Assembly (NCBI GenBank): GCA_039683615.1 | Contig: JBDKRA010000029.1 | Coordinates: 53,256-117,255 of the forward strand | Direction of reading: 5' to 3' | Length of the DNA stretch: 64,000 bases | Origin: Phycisphaerae bacterium | Lineage (GTDB): Bacteria; Planctomycetota; Phycisphaerae; SM23-33 | Shown: positions 38,158 to 48,543 of the stretch, piece after piece | How the letters are laid out: each line of letters starts with the position of its first letter | How positions within the stretch are numbered: position 1 is the first letter of the stretch | Translations under genes and position numbers: made by a program | The notes under the pieces: generated by a model | The model's database searches: none | Seen by the model: the letters and a program-made list of their open reading frames with translations, nothing else | What the model was told of the DNA's origin: nothing

Positions 38158-38694
38158 TCACTGCGCCGGTGCGTTCTTCTGCTTTGCCAGGCGGGTGTCG
38201 AGATCCTGACGCGAGGGCAGCACGATCAAGTCGCCGCCGACAGTCAGGGCCACGTATCGGCTGCTGATGGACACCGGGTCGTAAACCAGGATGTTGTCGT
38301 GCCGGGAGTCTGTCTGCTGCCCGGGAAGATATACCAGGGCGACTTCTCGATCGCTGACGCTGACGAGAATGTTCGCCGGCAGGTCGCGCAAGTCGGCGAG
38401 TTTGGGCGGAAAGAGGCCTCGGTGGTCGTGGGCGTAGCTGAGCATCTGTCCGTAGATGTTGCGCAGGTTCGTCTGGGCGGCCACCATCGGCAGGTCGGGG
38501 CCGACGATGTTGATCGGCAGACCGCCCGCACCCGATCGCGGGCGCGCCTCGACGGCGCTGTCGGGCCCGGCGGGCGTCGAATCCATGCGCCGCACGACCA
38601 GCCATATCGTCGCGCCCAAGGCGGCAAATATCGCGATGATCCCCACGATCTGAATCTTCTTGCCGCCGCCGGATGGAGTTGGTGTTGGAGCCAT
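38158..38694 (-). CDS. Hypothetical membrane-anchored protein
   Basis: N-terminal TM helix IVGIIAIFAALGATIWLVV. Weak, unverified resemblance of NLRNIYGQMLSYAHDHRGLFPP to the planctomycete DUF1559 H-X9-DG region. Start set at MAPTP to avoid overlapping the HAD gene. Confidence 0.45.
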   Translation of the reverse strand: MAPTPTPSGGGKKIQIVGIIAIFAALGATIWLVVRRMDSTPAGPDSAVEARPRSGAGGLPINIVGPDLPMVAAQTNLRNIYGQMLSYAHDHRGLFPPKLADLRDLPANILVSVSDREVALVYLPGQQTDSRHDNILVYDPVSISSRYVALTVGGDLIVLPSRQDLDTRLAKQKNAPAQ

Positions 38695-38728
38695 TGAACT
38701 AATGATACTCCAGGAGTTCAAAGGATCA

Positions 38729-39379
38729 TCACAGCAGCTTGAGCAGATCCATCGGGTGGGCGAGCAGCGTTTGTGCGCCGGCGGCGGTGAGCTCCGCCCC
38801 CTGGCGGAAACCCCACAGCACGCCCACCGCGTACATGCCCGCAGCCACGGCCGTCTGCATGTCGGTGTTGGTGTCGCCGAGGTAGAGGATGCGATCGCAC
38901 GGCACATTGAGCCGCGCCGCGATGGCCACCGCCGCGGCCGGGTCGGGCTTGCGAGGCACGCCGTCCTGGGCGCCCTCGACCGCCGCAAAACGCCACGCCT
39001 TCAGCAGTTTGTGCACGCACTTGAGCGTGAAAGGGTGGGGCTTGTTGCTCAGGACCGACATTGGCAGCGCCCTGGCGGTCAACGCATCGAGCAGGTCGGC
39101 GATGCCCGGATACGGCCGCGTCCGATCGGCCCAGCACCGGGCGTAACGGTCGCGCTGCAGTTCGATGGTTCGTCGCACGAGTTCGTCGTCAGTGCCGCGC
39201 TGGCCCAGCGAACGGCGGGTGAACATCTCCAGCCCGTCGCCGACAAAGACCTTGTACGACTCCAGCGGATGCGTGGGCAGGGCCTGCGCCGCCAGGGCCG
39301 TGTTCATCGAATCGGCCAGGTCTTCCAGCGTATCCAGCAGCGTCCCATCGAGGTCGAAAATTACCGCGGAATATTCCAT
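38729..39379 (-). CDS. HAD-superfamily hydrolase (phosphoglycolate-phosphatase-like)
   Basis: Motif I VIFDLDGTLLD, motif II SVLSNK, motif IV GDTNTDMQTAVAAG. Only the C-terminal 216 codons of the 857-codon track ORF are coding. Confidence 0.85.
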   Translation of the reverse strand: MEYSAVIFDLDGTLLDTLEDLADSMNTALAAQALPTHPLESYKVFVGDGLEMFTRRSLGQRGTDDELVRRTIELQRDRYARCWADRTRPYPGIADLLDALTARALPMSVLSNKPHPFTLKCVHKLLKAWRFAAVEGAQDGVPRKPDPAAAVAIAARLNVPCDRILYLGDTNTDMQTAVAAGMYAVGVLWGFRQGAELTAAGAQTLLAHPMDLLKLL

Positions 39380-39436
39380 ACGGGCACATGATAGCGGAAC
39401 CACCGCAAGGATGAAGCCATTTTCCTTGACCGCAAG

Positions 39437-41566
39437 ATGAAAACCCCCGATAGAATGCTCTTTTGCCCAAAGGAGAGGACGTTGACCGCCACACAGACCA
39501 CACCGCAGACGCAGGACCCAGCGGAGAAACGCATCGAGGACGCCCGAACCATCGCCGACCATTTCGAGCAGTCCATCGCCATCACACCGCCGGAGATTCG
39601 CCCCGTCGGCGTCATTGCCGGCCCTCTGCACCGCAATACCGTGCCCAAAACCAACTGGGGCGGCGATAATCTGCACTACCCGATGGACGTCCGCACACTG
39701 ATGCGGTTGGGCGCGCCCGGCATCGCCGCTACCGCACGCACCAACGCCGCACGCCTCGCGCACGAGCAGGCCGACTACCTGCGCAACATCGCCCGCGCGT
39801 TCGACGCCGTCACGGCGTTCATCGCCGCGCACGCCAAGGCCGCCCAGGATCAAATGCCCGGCGCGACCACGGCCGAGCGCCGTCGCCTCAAGACCATCGC
39901 CGATAACTGCACCGCCCTGGCCGCCGGGCCGCCGCAGACCTTCGCCCAGGCCGTGCAGCTCTTCTGGTTCGTGCATTCGCTGCGCGGAATGGCCGACGTC
40001 TCCAGCACCATCGGCCGACTCGACCAGCACCTCGATCCGTTCTACAAAGCCGACATCGCCGCCGGCCGAATCACGCGCGACGAGGCCCTTGAGCTGACGT
40101 GCGAGTTGTGGCGGCTGCTGAACGTCGTGGTCTCGCACCCGGCGCAGGGGCTGATGAACCTGATGGTCGGCGGGCAGGACGCCGCCGGCAACGACGCCAC
40201 CAACGACATGTCGTACCTGCTGATCGACACGGCCATCGCCGTCAACGACACCAACCCGTTCCTCAGCGCCCGTATCCACGCCGGCAGCCCGGCAGCGTTT
40301 GTAGACAAAGTCGTCGAGCTGCAACTCGTCGGCCACGGGCAGGGCACGATATATAATGATGAGCTGATCATCCCCTCGCTGGTGCGTTACGGGGTGCCGA
40401 TCGAGTTGGCCCGCAACTACGCCAACGACGGCTGCAACGAGGTCACCATCGACGGGCAGTCGACCATCGACCTCAACCTCGTCGATTCGCTCAAGGCACT
40501 GGAGTACGTGATCTTCGACGGGGCCGACAACCCCTCCTGCCGCCAGCAGCCCAAGGCCACCTGCCGCAACTACGATACGCCCGGCCACCACACGGGCATG
40601 GCCGAGCCGGGCATCAAGACCGGCGACTTCGCCGCGATGACCAGCTTCGACCAGGTCTTCCAGGCCTTCTGCAAGCAGTTCTATCACCAGATCGACACGC
40701 GCCTGGAGCACTCCCGCCAGGGACGCATCTGGGCGGGCGACCACGCCGTCAGCGCCCCGGTGATGGCCGGGACGTTCGCCTCGGTGCTCGATAGCGGCCG
40801 GGACCCCTACCGCGGCGGCGTCGAGGTGCCGATCCTGTGCATGTTCCTGGGCTCGATGGGCACCGCCGGCGACGCCCTGGCGGCGATCAAGAAAGTCATC
40901 TTCGACGACAAGGCCGCCACGCCCGCCCAGCTTCGCGACGCCCTGGCCTCCGACTGGAAAGGCTTCGACGCGCTGCGCCGCCAGTGCCTCTCTGCACCCA
41001 AGTACGGCAACGATGACGACTACGTCGACAGCATTCTCGCAGCGGCCGTGCGCGGCGCCGTCGACCGCGTCAAAGCCGCCCCCGCAGCCCCTGGGCAGAC
41101 CGTTCTGCCGGCGCTGTTCAACCATGTGTTCCTCGCCACCGCCCAGAACTGCGGCGCCACGCCCGACGGGCGAAAGTGGATGGAACCGGTGGGCGAGCAT
41201 TTCTCGCCAGTCCCCGGCCGCGCCGTCAGCGGCCCCACCGCCGTCATCCGTTCGGCCACCAAGAGCCCGCTGGCCGACGCCGCCGGCGTGGCGATCTTCC
41301 ACGTGGGCCTCTCACGCGACATGGCCCCCAACAATGCCAGCGGCGCTGCCCTGGTTAAGAGCCTGCTCAAAGCCAGCCTCAAGATGGGCGCCACCGTGAT
41401 GAACACGGCGATCTACGACATCGAAACCCTCAAGGCCGCCAAGGCCCACCCCGAAAACTACGCCGACCTGATCGTGCGAGTGTGGGGCTACTCCGCAAGA
41501 TTCGTGGGCCTGTCCGCAGAAATGCAGGACCATATCATCGCCCGCGCGGTCAGGGACAAAAACTGA
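39437..41566 (+). CDS. Glycyl radical enzyme, pyruvate formate-lyase-like family
   Basis: KYGNDDDYVD block, Cys-loop-like NDGCNEV, C-terminal glycine-radical motif LIVRVWGYSARFVGLS (the canonical motif is RVSGY). Confidence 0.8.
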   Translation: MKTPDRMLFCPKERTLTATQTTPQTQDPAEKRIEDARTIADHFEQSIAITPPEIRPVGVIAGPLHRNTVPKTNWGGDNLHYPMDVRTLMRLGAPGIAATARTNAARLAHEQADYLRNIARAFDAVTAFIAAHAKAAQDQMPGATTAERRRLKTIADNCTALAAGPPQTFAQAVQLFWFVHSLRGMADVSSTIGRLDQHLDPFYKADIAAGRITRDEALELTCELWRLLNVVVSHPAQGLMNLMVGGQDAAGNDATNDMSYLLIDTAIAVNDTNPFLSARIHAGSPAAFVDKVVELQLVGHGQGTIYNDELIIPSLVRYGVPIELARNYANDGCNEVTIDGQSTIDLNLVDSLKALEYVIFDGADNPSCRQQPKATCRNYDTPGHHTGMAEPGIKTGDFAAMTSFDQVFQAFCKQFYHQIDTRLEHSRQGRIWAGDHAVSAPVMAGTFASVLDSGRDPYRGGVEVPILCMFLGSMGTAGDALAAIKKVIFDDKAATPAQLRDALASDWKGFDALRRQCLSAPKYGNDDDYVDSILAAAVRGAVDRVKAAPAAPGQTVLPALFNHVFLATAQNCGATPDGRKWMEPVGEHFSPVPGRAVSGPTAVIRSATKSPLADAAGVAIFHVGLSRDMAPNNASGAALVKSLLKASLKMGATVMNTAIYDIETLKAAKAHPENYADLIVRVWGYSARFVGLSAEMQDHIIARAVRDKN

Positions 41567-41601
41567 CCACAGAGACACGGAGGGGGATGAGGTAAAAACA
41601 G

Positions 41602-41714
41602 AGACTTTGCCACAAAGAGCACAAAGACCACGAAGAAGAAGACGAAGAGATTTGGTCCCCGTCACTCTCTGTGTTCTTTGTGACCTTTGTGGCAAAGCTT
41701 CTTCTTTCTTTTTG
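41602..41714. repeat. Long imperfect inverted repeat (CTTTGCCACAAAG...CACAAAG family) between the GRE gene and the next gene
   Basis: Left arm CTTTGCCACAAAGAGCACAAAGACCACGAAGAAGAAG and right arm CTCTGTGTTCTTTGTGACCTTTGTGGCAAAGCTTCTTC are reverse complements with a few mismatches. Confidence 0.5.
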
Positions 41715-41724
41715 CGAGAGCAAA

Positions 41725-43367
41725 CGATGAACATGCGAAATGGTCTGGTGGCATTGTCGGTGATCGTTCTTCTGGCCGCTTGCGGCTTCGCGGATGTGCC
41801 CAAGGTCCCCCCGCCGGTCGGGGCGCCGCTGGCGGCGAAGTGGGAGTATAGTCGCGACGGCGGCAAGACGTTCTCCCCTGAGGCGCCGGCGGTGACGGTC
41901 ACCAGCGGACCCGACGCCAAGAACGCCCTCGTCGCGCGGGCGACGTTCAGCATCGACGACATGGCGAAGATCGGCGCCGTAAAGATCGTGACGGCGTCTG
42001 GCACCGGGGCCTTCGCCCTGACCGACGCCGACAGCGTCCAGCGGCGGTACGTCGGGGCGTACCCCACGCTCGTCAACGCCAGGCTGGCCGTCAACGGCAA
42101 GGAGACCGACGCCGGGCATTTCCCCTCGCGTCTATACAACTATCTCACCATCGACCCGGACCTGCTGCACAAGGGCGCCAATACGCTGACAGTCGCCGCC
42201 GTGCTGTGGGCGCCGCCGACTGTTAAGACCGACGCTCCGGCCGGGCTGAGCCTGGAGACGCTCGGGACGGACATGGTCTCGCTCGACCGCGGGCCGACGC
42301 TGGGGGCCATCGGCGAGGACTACTTCACCTTCACCGCCCGCGCCGTCACGGCCTGCGATTTCAGCGTGAGCGTCAAGCCCATCGAGCCGGCCGGCGCGGA
42401 GACGCAGCAGGCCTTGCCCAAGGCGCGGCTGCTGCGGGCGAAGGTAGCGCTTGCCAAAGGAACGAAGAAGTTCGCCTACACGCTGACGGCCAAGTCGGCC
42501 GGCGGGGCGACCAAGGCGTACGGGCCTTACGAAGTGGTCGTGCCGGTCTTCGGCGAGGGGTTCAAGTTCGTCGCCGCGGCCAACACCTACATCTACGGGC
42601 ACCATCCCGAGGAGCTCAAGGCGTTCTTCGCCAAGCTGCCCTCGTCGGGCGGGCAGATCTTCGTGCATGGGGGCGTGATGCAGAACGTGGCCACCCACGA
42701 CCAGATGTGGACGAACGACTTCTTCTACTACAGCCGCGAGGCCCTGGCCCGCATGCCGATGTACGCTGTGCCGGGCTACCCCGACACGTACTCGATGGAA
42801 GCCTGGGGCAGCGAGTTCTACTTCCCCACCCCCGACGGGACATGGAATTACTGGACGCAGGCTTTCGGCAAGGTGCGGCTGATCGGGATCGAGGCGATGT
42901 CGATGATGGAGGACAAAGGCGCGGGCAAGGCCTGGCTCGAGGACGTGCTCAAGAACGCCAAGGAAGATTACGTCATCGTCTTCAACTCGCAGGCGCCAAA
43001 CTGCTCGGGCCAGAACGCCAAGTACTACTCAAAGCCGGCGGTGGAGTACATCGCCAAGGAGATCAGCCCGCTGCTGGTGAAGTACAAGGTGACGGCCACC
43101 ATCGGCAGCTACCACTACAGCTACCAGCGCAACGAGCCGCCGGCCGACGAGAGCGTCACGACGATCATGACCAGCAAGGCCGGCGGGCTGGGCTGGCCGC
43201 TGCGCACGGATTTCGTGGCCGCCAACAAAGAATCGAAAGTCGCCGTCGGATACAAGAACCACTACTGCCTCTTCGAAGTGACCAAAGACGCCCTGCAGAT
43301 GCAGGCGATAGCGTACGAGACCGGAGAGGTCATCGACAAGGTGACGTTCAAACCGCGGGCCAAGTAA
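41725..43367 (+). CDS. Hypothetical secreted lipoprotein
   Basis: Signal/lipobox LVALSVIVLLAACGF. ~545 aa. No confident family. Start placed at MNMRNG. Confidence 0.6.
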
Positions 43368-43369
43368 TT

Positions 43370-43547
43370 AGCCGCTGAGGTCGCTGAGGACGCTGAGGGG
43401 GAGGGATGGAATAGTGGAATAACGGAATAATGGACTTGGTCCTTTGACCGGTATTCCACCATTCCATCATTCCCTTGTTCGTTCTTCCTCAGCGTCCTCA
43501 GCGACCTCAGCGGCTAATTTAACCCCCAGAAATTGGTCGCAAAAACG
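43370..43547. repeat. MITE-like element with perfect 31-bp terminal inverted repeats
   Basis: TTAGCCGCTGAGGTCGCTGAGGACGCTGAGG (43370-43400) is the exact reverse complement of 43487-43517. The interior is also palindromic (GGAATAGTGGAATAACGGAATAATGG / CCACCATTCCATCATTCC). Partial second copy at 35612-35657. Overlaps the stop codon of the upstream gene. Confidence 0.6.
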
Positions 43548-45368
43548 TTACTTCGTCCTTCGATTTCCAAACCTCGAACTTCCCCGCCGCCCTTCGAACT
43601 TCACGCCTTCTCTCTTCTTGCTCTGCGATCTCTGCGTTCTCCGCGGTGAATCCTCCCCCGCCGGGGCGAGCAGGTAGTGCATCCGCAGGCGCTCGGCGTC
43701 GGTGCGGGCGACGGGGATGGCGTGGCCTTGCGGGTCGATTCCGGCGTAGAACATCGCCGCCGCGACCGTGCCCGGCAGCGGGATGAAGCACTGCACCTGC
43801 TGGGGCTTCCAGCCGCGCTGCTTGAGCCAGGCCGCGAGCTGCCGCATGTCGGCCTCGGTGCATCCGGGAAACGCGCTGATCAGATACGGCACGACGAACT
43901 GCTCCTTGCCCGCGCGCTGGCAGAGCCGCTCGAAGAGTTCGAGGAACTTCTCGAACGCCTCGGCGGGCGGCTTGCGCATCAGGCGCAGGACGCGGTCGGC
44001 GATGTGCTCGGGTGCGATCTTGAGCTGGCCGCCGACGAACTGGCCGATCAGCGTCTCGAGATACGCGCTGGAGCGCATCGCCAGGTCGTACCGCACGCCG
44101 CTGGCGACGCGGACGTTTTTGACGCCGCTGGTGGTCCGCACTTTCTCAAGCAGGGCCGCATTGGCGCCCTGGGCGTCGACGAAGTTGCGGCAGATCGCCG
44201 GCGTCAGGCAGCTCGCCCGCGTGCAGGTGGACGCGTCGCCGCTGCAGCGGGCGCCCCACATGTTGGCCGTGGGCCCGCCGACGTCGCTGATCGAGCCACG
44301 CCACTGCGCGTGGCGCGTCATCGCCTGGGCCTCGGCTTCAATCGAGCCGGCGCTGCGAGACGCGATGCGCCGCCCCTGGTGCGCCGCCAACCCGCAGAAC
44401 GAGCATCCGCCCGCGCAGCCGCGGTGGCTGGTGATGCTGAAGCGGATCATGTCGGCGGCCGGCACCGCCTCGCGGTACGACGGGTGCGGCTCGCGCGTGA
44501 ACGGCATGGCGTAGATCGCGTCGAGCTCCTCGCCCGTCACCGGCGACGGCGGCGTGAGGATGAGGCTGCGGCCCTCGACGCTCTGCACCGCCCACGCGCC
44601 CTGGTGCACCTGGCGCTCCTGGGATAGCGTGGCTTCCATCAAGGCCGCGGGATCGGCCAGCATCTCCTCGTGCGAGGGCAGGCGGATGACCGCCGCCCCT
44701 TCCGGGATGTCGCTCTCGTTGCCGATGAACGCCGCGCCGCCAATGGCCGCAAACGCACGGCTGCGCGCGGCGCGGTCGACGTCGCCGGCGAGCGTTTCAA
44801 ACGCCGCCGCGGCCGCCAGGATCGACCGCTCGGCCATCCCGTACAGCAGCAGGTCGGCCTTGGCGTCGAGCAGGATCGCCCGGCGGAGCTTGTCGGTCCA
44901 GAAGTCGTAATGCGTGATGCGCCGCAGCGAGGCCTCAATGCCCCCCAGCACGATCGGCAGGCCGGGCATGGCCTGTTTGACCAGCCCCGCGTAGACCAGC
45001 GCCGCGCGGTTGGGCCGCCGCCCCGCCGCCCCGCCGGGCGTGTACGCGTCGTCGCTGCGCTTCTTGCGAAACGCCGTGTAGTGCGCCAGCATCGAATCCA
45101 GCGCCCCGGCCGTCACGCCGGCGAACAGCCGCGGCCGCCCCATCGCGACGATGTCGTCAGGCCGGTCCCACCGCGGCTGCGCGACGATGCCCATGCGGTA
45201 CCCGTGCGTCGCCAGCCACCGCCCCAGCACGGCCACGCCGAAGGACGGATGGTCCACGTACGCGTCGCCGCTGACAAGCAGGACATCGAGCTCGCGCCAG
45301 CCCAGGCGGTCCATCTCGGCCCGCGTCATCGGCAGCACGCCGCTGTAGGATTTACTGTGCTCACTCAT
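43548..45368 (-). CDS. YgiQ-family (UPF0313) radical SAM protein
   Basis: N-terminal YgiQ-type domain ([17 protein letters not shown]), radical SAM cluster motif CAGGCSFC, C-terminal extension. Confidence 0.8.
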   Translation of the reverse strand: MSEHSKSYSGVLPMTRAEMDRLGWRELDVLLVSGDAYVDHPSFGVAVLGRWLATHGYRMGIVAQPRWDRPDDIVAMGRPRLFAGVTAGALDSMLAHYTAFRKKRSDDAYTPGGAAGRRPNRAALVYAGLVKQAMPGLPIVLGGIEASLRRITHYDFWTDKLRRAILLDAKADLLLYGMAERSILAAAAAFETLAGDVDRAARSRAFAAIGGAAFIGNESDIPEGAAVIRLPSHEEMLADPAALMEATLSQERQVHQGAWAVQSVEGRSLILTPPSPVTGEELDAIYAMPFTREPHPSYREAVPAADMIRFSITSHRGCAGGCSFCGLAAHQGRRIASRSAGSIEAEAQAMTRHAQWRGSISDVGGPTANMWGARCSGDASTCTRASCLTPAICRNFVDAQGANAALLEKVRTTSGVKNVRVASGVRYDLAMRSSAYLETLIGQFVGGQLKIAPEHIADRVLRLMRKPPAEAFEKFLELFERLCQRAGKEQFVVPYLISAFPGCTEADMRQLAAWLKQRGWKPQQVQCFIPLPGTVAAAMFYAGIDPQGHAIPVARTDAERLRMHYLLAPAGEDSPRRTQRSQSKKREGVKFEGRRGSSRFGNRRTK

Positions 45369-45482
45369 TGTCCAGGCAGCTCTCAGCTCTCAGTTGTCAG
45401 CCGGCACCTATGCTAATGTTTGTACGTTGGAGAAAGCCGCCCGTGGTCAGCCATTCGCACTGCTTACTGACTAGTGAATTAC

Positions 45483-47945
45483 TTACTTTTTCCTATGCTT
45501 CCCCGCATGCTTGTGGGGTCGTGCGGCGCCGTCCATGGCGGCCCTTAACACGTCGTCGACGGTCTTGGCGAAGATGAATTTCAGGTCCTTCTGGGCGTCG
45601 GGGGGCACGTCGACAAGATCCTTGCGGTTACGTTCGGGCAGGATGATGGTGTTGATGCCCGCGCGTTTGGCGGCTAACACTTTTTCTTTCACTCCGCCGA
45701 TGGGCAACACGAGCCCGCGCAGGGTAATCTCGCCGGTCATGGCCACATCGTGGCGGACGGGTTTGGCCATCAGCAGGCTGGCCAGCGCGGTGAACATCGC
45801 CACGCCGGCGGAGGGGCCGTCCTTGGGCACGGCGCCAGCGGGCACGTGCACGTGGATATCGGTATCGGAAAGGCTCGTCGGCAGCAGGTGCAGGTCGGCG
45901 GCGCGGCTCTTGATGAGACTCATCGCCGCCTGGGCCGACTCCTTCATCACGTCGCCGATCTGTCCGGTGAGGGTGAGATTGCCCTTGCCGGGGTATCCGG
46001 CGGCCTCGATGAAGATGATCTCGCCGCCGGTGGGCGTGTACGCCAGGCCGGTGGCCACGCCCGGCACGCTGGTGCGCTGGGCGAGTTCGTTTTCATATCG
46101 CGGCGGCCCGAGCGTCTCGGCGATGAGCTTGCTGTCGATGGTGCGCTGGTGCTCCTTGCCCTCGGCCACCAGGGCCGCCACCGCGCGGCAGACGGCCCCG
46201 ATCTGTCGTTCCAGTTCGCGCACGCCGGCCTCGCGGGTGTAGCTGTCGATGATCTCGAGCAGCGCCTTGTCGGGCCAGTTCACCTGGGCGGTCTTGAGAC
46301 CGTTGTCGGCAAGCTGTCGCCTGACGAGGTACCGCCGGGCGATCTCGAGCTTTTCGCTGCGCGTGTAGCCGGGCAGCTCTATGACCTCCATGCGGTCGCG
46401 CAGGGCCGGAGGCACCGGAGCCATGTAGTTGGCCGTACCGATGAACAGCGTCTTGGACAGGTCGAAGGGCACGTTGAGGTAGTGGTCCTGGAACGAGTTG
46501 TTCTGTGCCGGGTCGAGCACCTCCAGCAGGGCGCTGGTGGGGTCGCCGCGGAAGTCGGCGCCGACCTTGTCCAGCTCGTCGAGCATGAAGACCGGGTTGT
46601 TCGTGCCGGCCTTGCGGATCTCCTGCACCACGCGCCCGGGCATGGCGCCGATATACGTGCGCCGGTGGCCGCGCAATTCCGCTTCGTCGTGCATGCCGCC
46701 CAGGGACATGCGGATGAACTTGCGCCCCATGGCCCGCGCGATGGACTGGCCCAGCGAGGTCTTGCCCACGCCGGGCGGGCCGACGAAGCACAGGATCGGC
46801 CCGTGGCTCTCCGGCGCGAGCTTGCGCACGGCCAGGAACTCGAGGATGCGCCGCTTGATCTTCTCCAGGCCGTAATGGTCCTCGTCGAGGATGCGGCGCG
46901 ACGTGCCAATCTCGAGCTTGTCGGTGCTGCTGACCGACCATGGCAGCTCGATCATCCAGTCCAGGTACGTGCGGATGACGTGGTATTCCGGCGAGGCGCT
47001 GGGGATCTTCTCCATGCGCTCCAGCTCGCGGACAGCTTCCTTGAGCACCAGCTCGGGCATGCCGGAGGCGTCGATCTTCTTGTGCAGATCCTCCAGCTCG
47101 ACGGTGCGATCGTCACCCTGGCCCAGCTCGTTCTGGATGGCTTTAAGCTGCTCCTGCAGGTACATTTCGCGCTGGCTCTTGGTGATCTTGGCCTTGACGT
47201 CGTCCTGGATCTTCTGCGACAGCTGTAACACTTCGATATAGTGCTGCAGTTCGTTGACGATGCGCCGCAGGCGCCGCCCCACCGAAAGCTCCTCGAGCAT
47301 CTCCTGCTTCACGGCGACATCCAGTTGCAGGTTCGTGGCCAGGAAGTCGCTCAGGGCCCCGGCGGTGTCGATGTTGTTGAGCACGACGGCGGCCTCGTCG
47401 GGAATATTCGGCGACAACTCGATGATGCGCCGCGCCAGGTCGCGCGCGTTAATCATCAGGGCCTCGATCTCGTTGGATTGCTCGGCCTGATCGTTCATCA
47501 CCGCAATGCGGGCCTTGAAGAACGGCTGCGTCTGCATCCACTGTTCGATCCGCACGCGCGACAGCCCCTGGACGATGATGCTCTGCGTGTTCTCCTCCAG
47601 GCGCAGCAGCTTGAGGACCATGACGGCCGTGCCGAACTGGTAGAGCTCCTCCGGCGAGGGGTCTTCGGTGTTGGCGTCTCTCTGGCAGACGGTGATAATG
47701 ATTTTCTGGTCGGGCAGGACGCTCTCGATCAGGTGCCGCGACTTGTCGCGCCCGATCGACAGCGGGACGACCGTTCCCGGAAAGAGCACCAGGTTCCGCA
47801 CCGCCAGCACCGGCGCCTCGCTGGGGATGGAGACGGCGGTTTCTTCGCCCTCGCCCGGCGCGCCAGGCCGGCGAGCGGCGGGAATGACGGCCACGCCCGA
47901 ATCATCGTCGCCGACAATCGGTGTTTTGTTTTTTTCGCGTGCCAC
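45483..47945 (-). CDS. lon: ATP-dependent Lon protease
   Basis: LON N-domain, AAA+ Walker A GPPGVGKTS, Walker B FMLDELDK, proteolytic-domain serine motif PKDGPSAG. Confidence 0.95.
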   Translation of the reverse strand: MAREKNKTPIVGDDDSGVAVIPAARRPGAPGEGEETAVSIPSEAPVLAVRNLVLFPGTVVPLSIGRDKSRHLIESVLPDQKIIITVCQRDANTEDPSPEELYQFGTAVMVLKLLRLEENTQSIIVQGLSRVRIEQWMQTQPFFKARIAVMNDQAEQSNEIEALMINARDLARRIIELSPNIPDEAAVVLNNIDTAGALSDFLATNLQLDVAVKQEMLEELSVGRRLRRIVNELQHYIEVLQLSQKIQDDVKAKITKSQREMYLQEQLKAIQNELGQGDDRTVELEDLHKKIDASGMPELVLKEAVRELERMEKIPSASPEYHVIRTYLDWMIELPWSVSSTDKLEIGTSRRILDEDHYGLEKIKRRILEFLAVRKLAPESHGPILCFVGPPGVGKTSLGQSIARAMGRKFIRMSLGGMHDEAELRGHRRTYIGAMPGRVVQEIRKAGTNNPVFMLDELDKVGADFRGDPTSALLEVLDPAQNNSFQDHYLNVPFDLSKTLFIGTANYMAPVPPALRDRMEVIELPGYTRSEKLEIARRYLVRRQLADNGLKTAQVNWPDKALLEIIDSYTREAGVRELERQIGAVCRAVAALVAEGKEHQRTIDSKLIAETLGPPRYENELAQRTSVPGVATGLAYTPTGGEIIFIEAAGYPGKGNLTLTGQIGDVMKESAQAAMSLIKSRAADLHLLPTSLSDTDIHVHVPAGAVPKDGPSAGVAMFTALASLLMAKPVRHDVAMTGEITLRGLVLPIGGVKEKVLAAKRAGINTIILPERNRKDLVDVPPDAQKDLKFIFAKTVDDVLRAAMDGAARPHKHAGKHRKK

Positions 47946-47948
47946 AAC

Positions 47949-48365
47949 TCACCCCTTTTTGGGAAGGCGGATGGTCAAGAAGCCCAGGCGATAACCGGCG
48001 GATATTTCCGCGGTGTTCACGTCGGGAGGCAGTTTCAGCGCCCGCTGGAAGTGCCCCTGGTCGATCTCCATCAGGTGCATGCGGAGACGCTTGTCCTTGC
48101 TGGGCGGGTTGGGCATGTCGCGCTCGCCCGAAAGCACCAGGCGGTCGGACTCGACGCTCAGGTCGATCGCCGCGATGTCCACGCCCGCCAGGTCCACCAG
48201 CACGAAATAGGCCACCGAATCCTCGTACAGGTTGACCGATGGCGCCCAGCTGCGATCGACGGCATACTTGTGAAACGTGGTCGTCAGAACATTGTCCACC
48301 CAGGAGTAGAGATCCTGATTGCGACGTGCCATCTTTCCTGCCGCATCGATATGTATCGTCGACAT
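47949..48365 (-). CDS. Hsp20/alpha-crystallin family small heat-shock protein
   Basis: Alpha-crystallin domain (VNLYEDSVAYFVLVDLAGVD...LSGERD...GFLTIRLPK). 3 nt upstream of lon. Confidence 0.8.
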   Translation of the reverse strand: MSTIHIDAAGKMARRNQDLYSWVDNVLTTTFHKYAVDRSWAPSVNLYEDSVAYFVLVDLAGVDIAAIDLSVESDRLVLSGERDMPNPPSKDKRLRMHLMEIDQGHFQRALKLPPDVNTAEISAGYRLGFLTIRLPKKG

Positions 48366-48543
48366 GCCGTTGTCCTTTCGCTGCCTGCGGTATGGGCATG
48401 GCCATTTCTGCCGCTCAATTTCCTGGCCCACATCCTGGAAGCTGCTGCAAATCTGTAGGTATTATACCCTCTCTTGTGCGTCGTTGCCCGCCCCTGATTC
48501 ACATAATGGCGAAACAGCGCCCACAGGGCGGGGTTTCATGTAG

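Noticed and set aside
38158-38694. Assignment of the small membrane protein to the planctomycete DUF1559 (H-X9-DG) family
   Set aside because: Only one short segment (YAHDHRGLFPP) resembles the family signature. The N-terminus lacks a prepilin-type leader and there is no clear H-X9-DG spacing. Kept as hypothetical.
38729-41302. 857-aa minus-strand ORF
   Set aside because: Only the last 216 codons (MEYSAVIFDLDGTLL…) form a HAD hydrolase. The rest is antisense to the glycyl radical enzyme gene on the plus strand.
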